From: Kudoa neothunni
Taxonomy: Eukaryota > Animalia > Cnidaria
Length of the DNA: 64,000 nt
NCBI GenBank assembly: GCA_964304625.1
Contig: OZ199840.1
Coordinates: 841,284-905,283, forward strand
Reading direction: 5' to 3'
Made by a program: the position numbers and the translations under genes. Shown here one piece after another: positions 26,018-41,263 of this stretch (position 1 is the stretch's first letter; each line of letters begins with the position of its first letter). The notes beneath the pieces were generated by a model. The model was not told the DNA's origin. It ran no database searches and worked only from the letters and a program-made list of their open reading frames with translations.

Positions 26018-28514
26018 CAGTAGATGACGGCTCGTGCGCACCTGCCTTGATTTAATGACTTACACAATACTGTTACTAATTAAAATGAATCGAATAAAAG
26101 CATAGCAATGATAATAAATTATTAAAACCTTAGTTTTCGTTTTAATGCGTTATACATAATAGTTAGCTGAAATTTACGACTTGTAGGCACTAAGCTTAAG
26201 AATAAAGTTGCCCAAATGATGGGTCGTGGGCACTTGAAGAAAATCAAGAAGTTATGTTCTTTGAAAGATAAAGTGGATATAATGCCATATTATAAAAGAA
26301 TATCGAATGGGGAAAACAGATAAACTAAAATTCTCAAATATTTTAACTTAGAATATCTATCCTCTTTAAATAGGATTTTCGGTAATAATGATTCCATTAT
26401 GAAGAAATCTCATAATGGAATGGAAATTACAAATAATCACAAAAAATTTAATATTTCTATGAATGATGCTCCAATCTATTTGAGAAAAATTTACAAATTT
26501 TTCAGAAAACGAAATTATCGAATGTTATCTACGGTCATAGATCTAAAATGACGATTTACAGTCCAAGAAGTCAGAGCTTTACCAGTAAAATATTAATAAC
26601 TTATTCAAAGAAAAATCCAACTAATAAGTATGATAAAAACTTTTATTTATATTTTTTTGAGTATATTTATTAATTTTATGAAATTTATGCGTATCAATAA
26701 ATATTAAATTTATCGTGATTACCAACTCTTATTACTACTTCTCTGGAATACAGAAAACAATTTATTTGTTACGCAACGCTTTCTTAATACAGTGTTTCAA
26801 GTTCAAGATGCATCGATGTCTGATCAAGATGCATTATTTGAAAAAAATAGGTAATTACTAAATATCGAAACAATAAATTAGTTTTCAATAACTTAGTTAT
26901 TTAAGCATCGTGGGAAATAACTCTCCGCATGATTGCAATAGTTTTGACATTGTGCAAACGTCACATCATTAGGACTAGATTTTATCGCCTCTATGAGTTC
27001 AGTTTTTGTTTGTTGGATTCTTATGTCTTACTATTATTTTTAACTGGTTGAAAAGTTCCTCGATCGGGTTAAGGAACGGGGAATATGGCGGTAGAAACAG
27101 AATCGAGTGATTTGTTTCTGCCACAAGATCCATGATGTAATCAGTTTTGTGAAATCTTACATTGTCCATTATGAGCAATGCGTTTGGTATACCGTCCCAA
27201 TTGTAGCTCCATGAAAAGTTGGATTAAATATTCTGAAAATATACTTTCATTTACTGAGCCCCTCGTGTACTTTGGTTGACCATACTTTTTGGGAGCTCAT
27301 TGCGGCTCTTAATGTAATTTTTTTTAAGCGGACGGTTCTCACGGTTAAATTTGCTCTACATCCAACAGGGGACCTTCCAAAAAAGCGTCTCATTGATAAA
27401 GAGAATCCTACTTCATCAATATAGAGAACAAGGGAATAGTTTGGCTTTTGTTGAAGATAATTTATGACATAACTAATTTAGATTTCATTTTAATTTATTA
27501 TATATAATTTACTTTTTTTCTTTTCTCTATATTCTCGGGTAGATTTCTGCCAACAGGAACTATGGAAATTTTTTTTTAATGAATAGTGAAATCCTTGAAG
27601 AACAATAGCAATCGTTTGCCTGGATACACTGATGTTATATTGTGAATTTAGCATTTCCCCTAAAGATGTTAACGTTATAGTGCAATCGTCGTCAACAAGT
27701 TGTTTTAGGAATTTTTTGTGTTCGTCGTATAATAATTGACGTCGGTTGCCTCCCATTTTTTTCTTTTCCACACTTCCCGTAGAATCCTTCAATTTAAGAA
27801 TTCTTGTGACAGTAGTTGGATGAACTCCAACATACTTGGCGATTTGTTTAGTTGGGACTTTTTCCTTAAAGTCATATAGCTAATTAATTAAAAATAACGA
27901 ACTTCTGATAAATCTAGAATTAAATCTCGTGAAGTCATATTTGTTTTGTTATATTTTCTTTTTTTTCACGGTTGAATTAATTATTACATCAGCTGAACCT
28001 ATAAGATTTGCTTCATGATCGGATGTGAATGCATCTTGATCGGACATTGATGCATCTTGAACTTGAAACACTGTATATAATAATTCAGTAAGAAGTTTTC
28101 TTCATGATTATATTTAAAATCGTCCAAACCTTATGATTAAAATAAAAAGTGTTTATTGTAATAAAATTGTATGTTTGAATTGCATTTATTATTTTTTTCC
28201 ATGTTTGTTGACAGAAATCATTGGTATTATCATCCACGTCGTCTAAATGTTTTGTTTCTACAAATTAAAGTCAAGGATCGACTTGATTAATCGCATTTAA
28301 TCTTTACATGATTGCTATAAGAAAATTTTATTTTATTAATATGCTTTTGAATATAGATACAAATATAGTGATATATAGGAGAGACTGAATTGCAAGAGCC
28401 AATATTAAGATTTTGCTTTGTTCGCATGCGTCATGACGGCTCGAGGACACTTGACGGGTCGCGGGCACCTCGAACCCAATTCCCATTTTAGTGCCCACGA
28501 TCCGTCACCTACTG
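26018..28514. mobile_element. Degenerate Tc1/pogo-type TIR element hosting a nested insertion
   Basis: 24-bp TIR CAGTAG(A/G)TGACGG(C/A)TCGTG(C/G)GCAC at a TA site. Empty site CCAAA-TA-AATAGCAG is seen in paralogous spacers at ~35160 and ~57727. Confidence 0.75.
26790..28073 (-). mobile_element. Tc1/IS630-like transposon with frameshifted transposase, nested
   Basis: ~46-bp TIR CAGTGTTTCAAGTTCAAGATGCATC..., TA TSD. Minus-strand remnants: HTH region (27490-27792), YIDEVGFS, MDNVRFHK, FLPPYSPFLNPIEELF. Confidence 0.88.
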
Positions 28515-29089
28515 TAAATAGCAGTTTGATAAAAATAATATATCGTTATATAGCGAAAAGATAGGTTATTTAATATGTAGAATATTAGACTCGCAAAAAT
28601 AAAAATATAACATTTTAGGGGATATGTAAAGAGTGCATTATTTATCATCTTAGGATTTATAGCATTGCTTGAATCATGTGCACACCAGTAAATTTACATT
28701 AGTAATTTTGATATTTCACTCTACGGTATGCATATTATGCAGAATTAGTACAAATACAATTACATATATAATTTAAACATTGCTAATGAAGGATTTAAAA
28801 ATAACTTTAACCACTGAATTCATTACCATAAAATAAGAAAATTTGTTGCCTTGGATTTTTTTAATAGTATATCTTTTTAGCGAAAAAATTATTTATAATG
28901 AAAATGTAGTTGAAATTTTTATAAACGTATTAGTTTAGGAGTAATTTTCTCCCGTTGGAATAACCACTGCCCAAAATATCATATTTTTAGTAATAGATAA
29001 TAGCTTGGATTTGAATATAATATATTTTAATTAAATAAATATCAAAGTAAAGTGTTATATTTTTAATAATCCTCATCATCGAAATGAAT

Positions 29090-32000
29090 CTAATTTCTAT
29101 TCTTCCGGTATCCAAAATAGAATCCTGCTCCAATAACAACAAGAGCCATTGGAACTACAGTAGCAATAATTCTAAAAATCAAAATTAAACAAGACACTTC
29201 TACTTATTATACATTGTATTGGTTGATCTAAATAAATTTAAAACTAATATTTACATATTTACACATCGAAGTTACGTAGATTTGTTGGAGGTTTCACCTA
29301 TTATTTAATTTAAAAATTGATATAAGTAATCTAATTTTACCTTTATTAATTTTTTCACGCCCAAATACATTACTTTTGACACTATGGAATACTACCAACT
29401 GATAATTACTCGTGTCTTCAACATCAGAAATGGAGAATCCCCTGCAAGGAGGAAACACATCGCAACCCTCACCAACTATCATGCATTTCTTAACTATTTG
29501 GTTGGATGGGTCGTCGAAATTTATTAATTTCCATTTACACAAAGAATTTTGATCCACATCTTTCGGTAAAGTCGTTTTCACATTTATGGTTGTATCTTCA
29601 CGGGTAATTACAATTGTTATTTTCTTCGTGGGGTCCACGCGTGGTGTAGCTGATGGATCTAATATTAAATATTAATTATTGAATTAAAATATAATTTTTA
29701 ATTATAGTTTTATTAATATTTAATTAAATTTTTGAGGTTAATATATAATAAATTTTACTTTTGGGTATGTGTATTGTAGTTTCAGTAGATCTTCCAACGG
29801 CTGTCACTAAAACTCTGTACTCTTTGTCTGCTTCGTATCCTTCACTAAATATGATACTACTACATGAGGGTGGTACTTCACAAGATGGGATTGTAAGCTT
29901 ATTAATCGGCGGCGTTACTTTTTTTGATGGTTGACCTGTTGATCTAGCAACTCCAGATTGCGAGAGAGTTGTTTTCATATCAGATTCGGCAGTATTTCCT
30001 GTCAATTGTGGTGTTGGGCAGTCATACAACATGTCATACGTTTTCGCCTTTCTTTACTTTTACTTTGTAATGGCATACAGCTTCGGCATAAGGTGAAGAC
30101 AACGTGCCTACCACTTTAAAACCTTTTTCCAAAAATTTATTTTCTAGTTTGAGAGTTGACATTCCTTAACAATCATAATTTAAAGTTAGGTGAAACATGG
30201 GAAATTTAATACCTGTTCTTATTCGATGGACTTTGGATCCGTAATCTTTGTGTGCGACAACCTTTAGATCGTATTCTGTTCCGGGATTAAGTCCCACAAT
30301 ATTTTGAGGTTCTCTGCAGTATCCTCTGCATGGATAACTATCCACGCACATTGCACAAACATATACATCCTTTCCGCGGAGGCTGATATAGTAAGCACAT
30401 GTGATATCTTTGTTGGCATCCTCTGAGGTTAATTCGAGTGCTTTAATAGAAAGATGGGTATCCCCTATGGTTGTTGTTGCACCGGGGAATACATTTTCAG
30501 CGGTTGCATCTATATATTATGTATATATTATATATATATTAATGTATTTTTAAAATACTTGTTCTGAAGAATATATGTTCTTTAAAATTTTCTGGAACAC
30601 CATGGCTACCAGCTGCTGAAGCTGCTTTAATTACGAGAATATAAGGTTTCCCACCGGAAAGTTTGGATACAGCTAACGCCGAAGTACAGTCCGTGTCACA
30701 GTTGTTTGTGCCTTCTCCACATTTAGCTTTTGTACCTTCCGCTCCAGCCAAAGTAGGTTTATCGGCGACATAATAACTTACAGTACATGAAGAGAATTTC
30801 GGGGAATCGGTTGGATTAAATAAGCTTGCATTCAGCGTCACGCCCGTAGCTGTATAAGCCGATAATAGTTCAGCATACGTATTATCTTCCTTTTTATCAT
30901 TAATAAACTACATAAATATTATTTCAAACGCTTAACTTCAATAAAAACCAAATTTCTTTCGTTTATATCCAAAATACGTAGTCCCACTATTTTCTATTTG
31001 GAAATGTCTGGTCTGTATCAGTATTTCGACAACTGCTTTTGATGTTTCGAAATTAAGTTCCACATTATCACATGGTGCGTAGCATTCTTTATCTGTGCCC
31101 CCACCACAATTTGATTTATACTCATTAGACGCATCAACAACAACTGTAGTAGATTCTTCCTTTATACCAAATCGGCAGATTTCAAAAGGAAATTTATTAG
31201 TAAATTTAAGTAAGTATTTATCTTTCCCTTCCTTATTGTATTTCACATAATATTGTGGTATGTAAACGTCGGTGTTCATCAAAGTATAATTATTTTGAAG
31301 TTTATAAAAGAATGATGGATAACCCACGCATTTCATTTCATAATGCGGAATCAACAAATCAAATTCTACTTCACTATCATTTGCTGTGACACAATTAGTT
31401 CCCGGCGGTTCCATCAGCGTATTTTACACCCTTATAAAAAATGGGGCAATCAACTTTCTTACATGTTGTCGTACTCAGCTTCAATTTACCTTGACTCGTT
31501 GTTATTGTAACTTGTGGGTTTACTAGCAAACCTATAAAAATATATATAAAATGTGATATTCACATTATTTACGTATGTCTAGCCCAAAAAATTTTTGGGT
31601 TTGTAGTTTTTTGAGAAGCAGCTTCAGCCCCCTGGGTTACAAAAATTTCAATATATTTTGTCCTTGGGGAGAATTTATCATACGCAAGTTTATTAATGCT
31701 TCCTGTGCAAATGATGACGCATTTACCACTAACTAGTGCGGCACCAGTTTCAGGACATTCATTAATATCTTGATAAATAGCATCATCGTCATTGAATTTT
31801 TTAATGTAACAATGGCTAGAGTCGGTAAATTCACCGCCTTTTAATATCAAATGGACTTTCATATTGCTACCATCCTTATCAATCTTATATGTGAGGGATT
31901 CTTCTACAACTGTCTGAGATTGAGATTGATCTTGAGATTGTTGCTGTTGTGGCTGTTGAGGTGTAGTTAGTTGCTCAGTTTGAGTTAGAGTTGGGGTTGC

Positions 32001-32109
32001 TTCTTGTAGAGTGGTTTTCGCTATGTTATATTGAAATATTTGTTATGAAATAAAAATAATTACAAATAAGTGTAAAAAGTATTCCTAATAAACAGAGGAA
32101 TCCTTTCAT
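29090..32109 (-). pseudogene. Array copy 3, with three +1 homopolymer frameshifts (pseudogene or sequencing error)
   Basis: Full 10-exon structure, tail YRKNRN. Extra bases near 31590 (T-run), 31402 (G-run) and 30042 (A-run); no in-frame nonsense codons noticed otherwise. Confidence 0.75.
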
Positions 32110-35100
32110 TTTGATTTAAATAATCAAAAACGAAAATTAACGTTCTATTCATAAAGAACATTAAATAGAATCTATAAACTTTTTATAATACTTTCGTACC
32201 TATTAATACTACAATTCTGCTAAATTATTATCCTATAAATACGTTTCTTATAAACATTAAATAAATATCGTTGAACAAAAACTATTTACAACAAAAGAAT
32301 GTATCGATATTGTTACAAAACTTTACAATATTACTATTTAAAAACCCTTTAAAAAATTCAATTTCAATAATTTCTCTATCGTATTTTAAAAAATTCTTAA
32401 CATAGACTTTAACAATTTCTTTATAATTCAAGCGGATTATGAATTTAAATTTAATTTTTGTCTTTATGTTTCAACTCATCAACCCAGATTATAATGATTT
32501 TAATGTCTATTCATATTGTTTCAGAGACTTCATTACTTTCCCTAATTGATGTTGTTATCTTACTTTTTCTCATAATATTTATTTATAAATTTTTTACTTA
32601 TATTCCCTACGAAAATTCAAAATATAATTTTATTATTAAATTAGATAAAATATCTTCGCTATATCTCAAATTTATTTTTTAATTTTATTAAATACAATTT
32701 TTAATAACAACAAAAATTAATATAGATTTTAAAATTAATTTATAAAAATTTAACATTTGCAGAGCATTTTCAAATTATTGGATTAACCTCCTAAGTAAAT
32801 GAAAAATTTACACCTTCCAAATAAAAATGTGATATAAATTTACCTCATTTTTTTATCTTATAAAATTGTCCCAAATAAAATTATACATTGAGTAACAAAA
32901 TATGAGGAAAATTCATCGAGTAAAATTTGAATAAATGACCAATTATTAAAATTATATTCAATATGCGCCGCGCATGCATTAATGTAGTTACGTTTCATTG
33001 GAGAATGATTGTACGAAGTGGCTATTTGCATGGATCCATTTAATCCCCTCTCGGGATTGGCTCTATGTATGGATGGGAATATCTCCTAGAATATGTGAGA
33101 CGTTGAAAATTTGATATCATTTTTACAATAGGCCATATTTTTCCTACAAAATTTTTTAAAATATTTTTAATAATTTTAATTGTAGAATTCGTTCATTAAA
33201 GTCATACTTTAACCATCTTTCATGTGGCAACATCGTACTTATCTTGAGTTACTGACAGTATTTAAAGGTTATTTACGGTATTCAGTACAATTAATTCAAG
33301 TTATTTACCCAATCGTACGTTACGAACTCGATTACGGCGTGCGTACGAGACAATTTTTCACACTTAATTCCGATGGCTAATAATATTAGAAAAAAATGAG
33401 GTTGCCGAAATACCTCTTATATTTTTAATGGAACGTTCTTTTTACCGGTCGGTTGTTATTATCATTAATGCTTTAATTATATGCTCTCAAGGTTGAAAAT
33501 AATTTTATCGATTTCTTAAAATACTACTTTATTAAATTTATTGAGAGACAAATTTGTTAAATCAAAAATAAATCAAAATTTTATTTTCTACAAATTTAAT
33601 TCAATTCTTCTTGATAATTTTGTAGAGAGCCCAATAGCAGACGCTCTACTCATTTTCCTCCTCCTTATAATTTTTATTTTGGAGACTTCCTCCATAATAA
33701 TATTAGATCAGTTAAGTGCCAGGCGAGTATAATATCGCTGGAAAGTTTCGTTGTTACTTATATAATATCATATGACTGTTAATATGTGGTAACCATTACA
33801 CGTTTTCTTGCAATTCTGATGGATTTCAGGTAACAGAATAACGATATGAAGAATTATCACAGAGTTGATAATTTTTTAACAACGTTTTCGATCTTTCATT
33901 TGTCGATCCCAATCTATCGTTTCTGCAGTTTTTAAAATAATTTTCAGCATAACTTAGCAAACGATCTATTCACTAACGATTAGTTTCTATCATTTATCAA
34001 AATAAAAATCGAAATTGTAAAATTCGTACTCATATAATTATTCACATATGCGAACAACTTGATCGTTGCTAATACACAAACTGTTACATCTAAATTATTC
34101 ATAATATATCTCCATTTTTCTGAATTTATTCCATATTTTCCTATTTAATTTTCGCGTTTGAATATTTGACAGAAATGAAACTTACATATCAAAAGGGAGT
34201 AGATTCAAACGTCATCTTAAGGCACTTTCTGAGGCATTGTTATTTATCTGTTCTTATCTGCTCTTATTGTTCATATTTTTGTTTTTAGCCAAGGGGAAAC
34301 ATCGACTAATTATTTTAATAGCCATTTGATCGAATCTTCAGATTCATCATACGATACATGCACTTGTTATCAGTCATGCTAAACGAATCTTGTAATGTTG
34401 TTATGAATAAAGATGCGCTAGACATAAATATAGATGCATCTAGCATATTTAATTTAAATGAAACGTGAGTTAAATAGTACAGTTTTCAAAAAGGGTATTC
34501 GCGGAGATTCTCATTTTAAATTCACCGCATAGTTACAACTTAACCGAATGGTTTAGCTTATAAAATTATTTCGCATAAGGAAATCTATGAATTTTACGAT
34601 ACAACTTAGATCAAACGAGAATTAATGCTCAGTGCAAGACAATTACTAAAACAGTGAGATAACGCGAGGCCTGCGACCAATGCTCTGTGTGTGCAACATC
34701 TAGCATGACATTAATCAATTTTATTGCACGCAATACAACTTAATTCGTTAATATATTGTGTATAAGCATTTAATAATGTTATCGAATCAAGAAAAGTACG
34801 ATTTTGGTACATATGAGATGGTTAAAATATGGTTTTAATGGGAAAATTCTCCATTTAAAATTATTAAAAACAATTTATAAAATTTGATAGGAAAAATATA
34901 GCAAATTTGAAATTTGAAATCAAATTTTTAATATCTCACATATTCTAGGAGATATTCCCATCCATGCAATTAGCCATTTCCAATTTATTATGATTTGGTG
35001 TTATCTTGTCCATCTAGAGTAAAGAGCGCTGAGCGCCCTAGAGGGTCTCCATTCACAGTTGTTAGTATTTCTATAAAGAGAAAAATAATAAAAATTAATT

Positions 35101-35740
35101 ATATATGTGAAATAACGATTTTCAGCGGAAATAAAAAATTTCCTTTGTGTTATTAATAGCCAAATAAATAGCAGTATGATAAAAATAATATATTGTTATA
35201 TAGCGAAAAGTTAGGTTATTTAATATGTAGAATATTAGACTCGCAAAAATAAAAATATAACATTTTAGGGGTTATGTAAAGAATGCATTATTCATCATCT
35301 TAGGATTTATAGCGTTGCTTGAATCATGCGCTCCCCAGTAAATTTACATTAATAATTTTTGACATTTCACTCTGCGTTATGCATATTACTCAGGATTAGG
35401 AAAAAGATAATTACATTTATAAATTAAACATTGCTAATAAACGATCTAAAAATAATTTTAACCATTAAATTATTACCATAAAATAAGAAAACTTGTTGTC
35501 TTGGGTCTCTTTTAGGATACTTTAACTTTTTAGAAAAAAAGTCATTTATTAAGAAAATGTAGTTGAAATTTTTATAAACATGTTAGTTTAGGAGTAATTT
35601 CCTCCCGTTGTAATAACCACTGCCCAAAATATCATATTTATAGTAATAGATAATAGCTTGGATTTGAATATAATATTTTTTAAATTAAATAAATATCAAA
35701 GTAAAGTGTTATATATTGAATTATCCTCTTCAAAATGAAT
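32110..35740. repeat. Segmental duplication: copy3-copy4 spacer is homologous to the copy5-copy6 spacer (48192-58309 minus its TE insertions)
   Basis: Collinear similarity of 32110-32450 with 48192-48584, 32455-32795 with 53045-53388, and 32797-35740 with 55418-58309. Confidence 0.85.
33014..34981. mobile_element. Non-autonomous long-TIR element (Merlin-like GG..CC ends), copy 1
   Basis: Imperfect TIRs over 200 bp: (G)GAAGTGGCTATTTGCATGG..GGGAATATCTCCTAGAATATGTGAGA and the complement ending CATGCAATTAGCCATTTCC. Duplicated at 55632-57548. Confidence 0.65.
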
Positions 35741-38713
35741 CTAATTTCTGTTCCTCCAGTATCCAAAATAGAATCCTGCTCCAATAACAATAAGAGCTAC
35801 TGGAACTACAGTAGCAATAATTCTAAATATCTAAATTAAACAGGACATTGTTACTTATTATACATTGTATTGGTTGATCTAAATAAATTTAAAGTGAGCA
35901 CTTACATATAGAAGTTACGTAGATTTGTTTGAGGTTTCACCTATTCTTTAATTCAAAATTGTTATAAGTAATCTTATTTTACCTTTATTAATTTTTTCAC
36001 TTCCAAATACATTACTTTGGACACTATGGTATACTACCAACTGATAATTACTCGTGTCTTCAACATCGGAAATAACGAATTCCCTACAGGGAGGAAATAC
36101 ATCACAACCTTCACCGACTATCATGCATTTCTTAACTATTTGGTTGGATGGGTCGTCCAAATTTATTAATTTCCATTTACACAAAGAATTTTGGTCTACA
36201 TCATTCGGTAAAGTCGTTTTCACATTTATAGTTGTATCTTCACGGGTAATAACAATTGTTATTTTCTTTGTGGGGTCCACACGTGGTGTAGCTGATGGAT
36301 CTGAAATTAAATATAATTTTTAATTATAGTTTTATTAATATTTAATTAAATTTTTGAGGTTAATATATAATAAATTTTACTTTTGGGTATGTCTATTGTA
36401 GTTTCGGAAGATCTTCCAACAGCTGTCACTAAAACTCTGTACTCTTTGTCTGCTTCGTATCCTTCAGTAAATATGATACTACTACAGGAAGGTGGTCCTT
36501 CACAAGATGGGATTGTAAGTTTATTAGTTGGTATTACTTTTTTTGATGGTTGACCTCTAGATCTAGACACCATAGGTTGTGAGAGAGTTGATTTCATATC
36601 AGATTCGGCAGTATTTCCTGTCGATTGTGGTGCTGGACATTCATACAACATATCATACGTTTCGCCTTTCTTTACTTCTACTTTGTAGTGGCATACAGCT
36701 TCGGCATAAGGTGAAGACAACGTGCCTACTATTTTAAAACCTTTTTCCAAAAATAGATTTTCTAGTTTGAGAGTTGACATTTCTTATCAATCATAATTTA
36801 AAGTTAAATATACGATTAAGTTTTATACCTGTCCTTATTTGAAAGACTTTAGAACCGTGCTCTTTGTGCGTGACAACCTTTAGATCGTATTCTGTTCCGG
36901 GAGTAAGTCCCACAATATTTTGAGTGTCTCTACAGAATCCTCTGCATGGATAACTATCCACACACATTGCACACACGTATACATTCTTTCCGCGGGGGCT
37001 GAGGTAGTAAGCACATGTGATATCTGTATTCGCAGCAACTGTGTTAACTTCGAGAGCTTTAATGGAAAGATGGGTATCCTTTATAGTTGTCTTTGCATCG
37101 GAGAATACATTTCCGGCGGTTGCATCTATATATTATGTTATATATAGACATTATTCTATTTTCAATAAACTCGTTCTGAAGAATATATGTTCTTTAAAAT
37201 TGGCTGGAACAAGATTGTTAGCTGTTGCAGCTGATTTAATTACAAGGATATAAGGTTTTCCACTGGCAAGTTGGGATACTGTTAATGTTGAAGTACACTG
37301 AGTGTCACAGTTGGTACCACCATTTCCACATTTCGCTTCTGTACCATCCACATTTTTCAAAGAGGGTTTATCAGCAGCATAATAACCTACAGTACATGAA
37401 GAGAATTTCGGGGAATCGGTCGGATTAAATAAGCTTGCATCCAGCGTCACACCTGTAGCTGTGTATGCCGATAGTAGTTTAGCATAAGTGTCACCTTCCT
37501 TTTTATCATTAATAACTAAATACATATTATTTGAAATACTTAACTTCAATGAAAACCAAATTTTTTTTGTATGTATCCAAAGTATGTAGTTTCACTTTTT
37601 TTTATTTGAAAATGTCTGGTTTGTATTAATATTTCGACAACTGCTTTGGACGTTTCAAAAGTAAGTTCCACATTATCACATGGTGCGTAGCAATCTTTAT
37701 CTTTACCACCACAATTTGATTTATACTCACTAGTAGCACCAGCTTGAATTGGAGTGGCTTCATCCTTTATACCAAATCGGCAGATTTCATAAGGAAATTT
37801 ATTAGTGAACTTAAGTAAGTATTTATTTTTCTCGCCATGATTATACTTCACATAATATTGTGGTATGTAAACATCGGTGTTCATCAATGTATAATTATTT
37901 TGAAGTTTATAAAAGAAGCTTGGATATCCCACGCATTTCATTTCATAATGTGGAATCATCAAATCAAATTCTACCTCACTTTCATTTCCTGAGACACAAT
38001 CGTTTCCAGTGATTCCCTCAGCGTATTGTACTCCCTTATAGAAAATTGGGCATGCAACTTTGTGACAAGTTATTGTGCTAAATTTCAGTTTACTTTGAAT
38101 TGTTGATATTTTTACTTGTGGATTTACCAACAAGCCTATAAAAATATATACAGGAAGACTAATATGCTTATTAATTACGAATCTCTAACCCAAAAATTGT
38201 TCCTCCTGTAGTTTTTCTAGAAGCAGCGTCAGCCCCATCCCCAAAAAACACTCCAATATATTTTGTTCTTGGGGATAATTTATCATAGGTGATTTTATTA
38301 TCATTTTTTGTACAGGTAATGACGCACTTACCATTGACAAGTGCGCTGCCAGTTCCGGGGCACTGATTAATATCTTGATAAGTAACCCCATCGTCATTGG
38401 ATTTTTGAATATAGCAATGATTCGAGTCGATAAAGTCACCGCCGCTCAATATTAAATGAACCTTCATATTGCTCTCATCTTCCACAATTTTATATGAAAG
38501 GGATTTTGGCGCAGCCGGCGGAGGTTGAAGTTGTTGTTGAGTTTGAGTTTGAGCTTGAGTATGAGGTATAGGTTGTGTCTCAGTTTGAATCGCAGGCACT
38601 AATGCATCTTGTAAAGTTGTTGTCACTATAATTGATTGAAAGATGCATTCAGTAATAGAAATGTTACAAATAAGTGTAAAAATTATTCCTAATAAAAAGA
38701 CAAACCCTTTCAT
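35741..38713 (-). CDS. Cys-rich FN3-like repeat surface protein, array copy 4 (appears intact)
   Basis: MKGFVFLLGIIFTLI signal peptide. Intron 1 is 42 nt and stop-free, so the ORF track reads through it. Same exons, TM and RNRN tail. Confidence 0.87.
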
Positions 38714-39143
38714 TTTGAATTAAATTATCAAAAAGGGATATTAACGTTATATTTATAAAGAACAATAAAATGAATGTATTGAAATTTAATAATACTTTCG
38801 TAGGTATTAATAGTATAATTTTACTAACTTATTAGCTTACGAAAGCGTTTCTTATTAACGTCGAATAAATGTCGCTGACAAATAATAATTACTAAAAATA
38901 AAAAATGCATCGTTATTATTTCAAAACATAAATTAAACATAGCATTAATTTGAAACCAACATCCGATTTAAATTTTGTATAAAAATAAGAACCTTATAAA
39001 AATATTTAATAAATAATTTTATTTTCAAAAATTCCTCGAAAGTAATTCATTATAAATGCCTCAAATATAATTTTGATGTTTTCCCTGTAATTTAAATGAT
39101 TATAACATTCAATTCAATTAAAATACCAATTACATTCGTTTTA

Positions 39144-40962
39144 CAGTAAGGTCTCGATATTGCGTGGCTCGATATAGCGTAGTTTTCAATTTGTAATCTT
39201 TATTTAAATCATACTGTACAATTAATTGTCTGAAATGTTGTTATATGGTTAATAGAATATGTTTTCATATTTATATATATATATATATATATTTTTCCCC
39301 ATAAAATAATCCGATTAATCCACTTTTTGTACCGTTACAGAAGTTGAAATGGTTAGATGTCAGAGAAGCATTAAGGATAAACGAGAAATAATATTGTATT
39401 AGAAATCATTAGGATCGATTCCTAAGGCCAAAGTTTTAACAATAAAGAATTTTAACCTGTCTAGTAAGCATCAATTTCTAATCATTATTAAATAAACATA
39501 GGCTATTCTTCGTTGGATAGACTGTTGTCTAAGGAAAGCGAAATCATCGATTCAAATTATTCTGATAGCCGTATTAGAATAAAAAACGGGAATTATGATG
39601 AGCTTGAAAGTCTACTATTCAACCGGTTTGTTCTCCAAAGAGAAAAGGAGAATATTCCGGGATTTATTATTTGCCAAAAGGCTGCAAAAATAACTGAATA
39701 TCTCAAAATTTATGATTTTAATTGTAGTAAAGACTGGTTCTCTAATTTCAAGACAAGATATTGTTTGACGAATATCAGATTACATGGAGAGGCTGGAATT
39801 GTTGATGTAAGTGCGGTCCCTGAATGGATTAACAATAATTCAAATATTCTTGGTAAGTATAAACAAGAAGATATTATAAATATGGATGAAGTCGCCCCTT
39901 TTTTTAAGAACAATTACCTCAACAAACTTATGTCACCAAGCACGAGTCTGGTTTAAGAGGGATAAAACAGTCTAAAAAAGAGTAACAATATTGGTTATTG
40001 CTTCAAGTACCGGCGAGAAATATCCACTTTACGTGATTGGAAAGCCCCGTTGTTTTAATTGGGTCAAAAATCTCCCAGTAAACTATAAGTCTCAAAAGAA
40101 TGGTTGGATGTCCGCGGCCCTATTCTTAGAAATCTTAAAAAATTTAAATAACAAGTTCAGTCAAGAAATTACAAAAGTCCTTATCCTCCTTGATCAATGC
40201 TCGCCTCATCCCAATTTAACGAATCACTTTAATAACAATGAATTGTTGTTCCTACCTAAAAACACCACCAGTGTCCTCCAGCCAATGGATCTCAACATCA
40301 TTCATAGTTTGAAGGCAAACCACCGCAAATCGTTGGTCAGAAAGTTTCTGTCTGACGAGGATATTTCAACACCCTTCAAATACACGATTATAGAATGTTA
40401 TCACACGTTGAATGAAGCATGGGACATGGTAGAGAGAAAAGCTATTGAAAAATGTTTCAAGAAATCTCAGATATTTAAAATTCGTAGGATTAACTAATAA
40501 ATTAACATTAATATAAAATAAAGAGGATATTAATGTAGACGTCGACTCCACATCTGAAACAATAATTGTTGGTAAATATGCATTTCAGGTAAGTTTTTTT
40601 CAAATAAATTCCTAGAAGACTTTGATGATGTAAGTAAATTGGAGGGAGCTGAAACCGTAAGTGAGGACGCATCATATCAAATCGATAAGGATATTTCTAT
40701 TGTTTCAAAATACGATAAATATTATCAGAAAACCTTTTATGCGAGAGAATTCTGCTGATTTAATCTATACTCATCCAATAATGGACGAAATATACAAAAT
40801 TATTAAAAATAGAGATAAGTTTAAAAAAATACATGACTTTTTTGTTAAAAATTAATATTTTTCGTTGTTTTTGTATGTGCCGGCCTCGGTATTGCGTGGG
40901 GTCTTGCTATTGCATGGAAAATTCCTATTCCTCAAAAAACACGCAATATCGAGTCCTTACTA
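39144..40962 (+). mobile_element. pogo/Tigger transposon with disrupted transposase
   Basis: 23-bp TIR CAGTAAGG(T/A)CTCGATATTGCGTG, TA TSD. ORFs 39513-39956 (CENP-B HTH, IINMDE) and 39991-40497 (ILLDQC, LPKNTTSVLQPMD). Empty site at ~25030. Confidence 0.9.
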
Positions 40963-41263
40963 TATTAATTTTTATACACAATTCAAACATAATTATTGAT
41001 TTTTAAGTCAAATATATTTATATATTTATATTATTTCATCAACTTCATAATTTTTTGTATCTTATGTTGCATTCATACTTTTTAATCATCAAATATAATT
41101 AAACATTTATGTATATATTTCCTTAAATACTTCCAAGATTACTCTGTTCGATTTTTGGGGGATAAATCTACATAATTTCGCTTTATTTTAATCTCTTTAC
41201 ACACAATAATATCATTGTTTTTCTCATGACTCTACCACAATAAAATTATTTTAATGAAATATT

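Noticed and set aside
36550-36580. Furin site in the exon 6 S/T-rich insert (VSRSRG)
   Set aside because: Not a canonical RxxR, and present only in copies 4 and 6.
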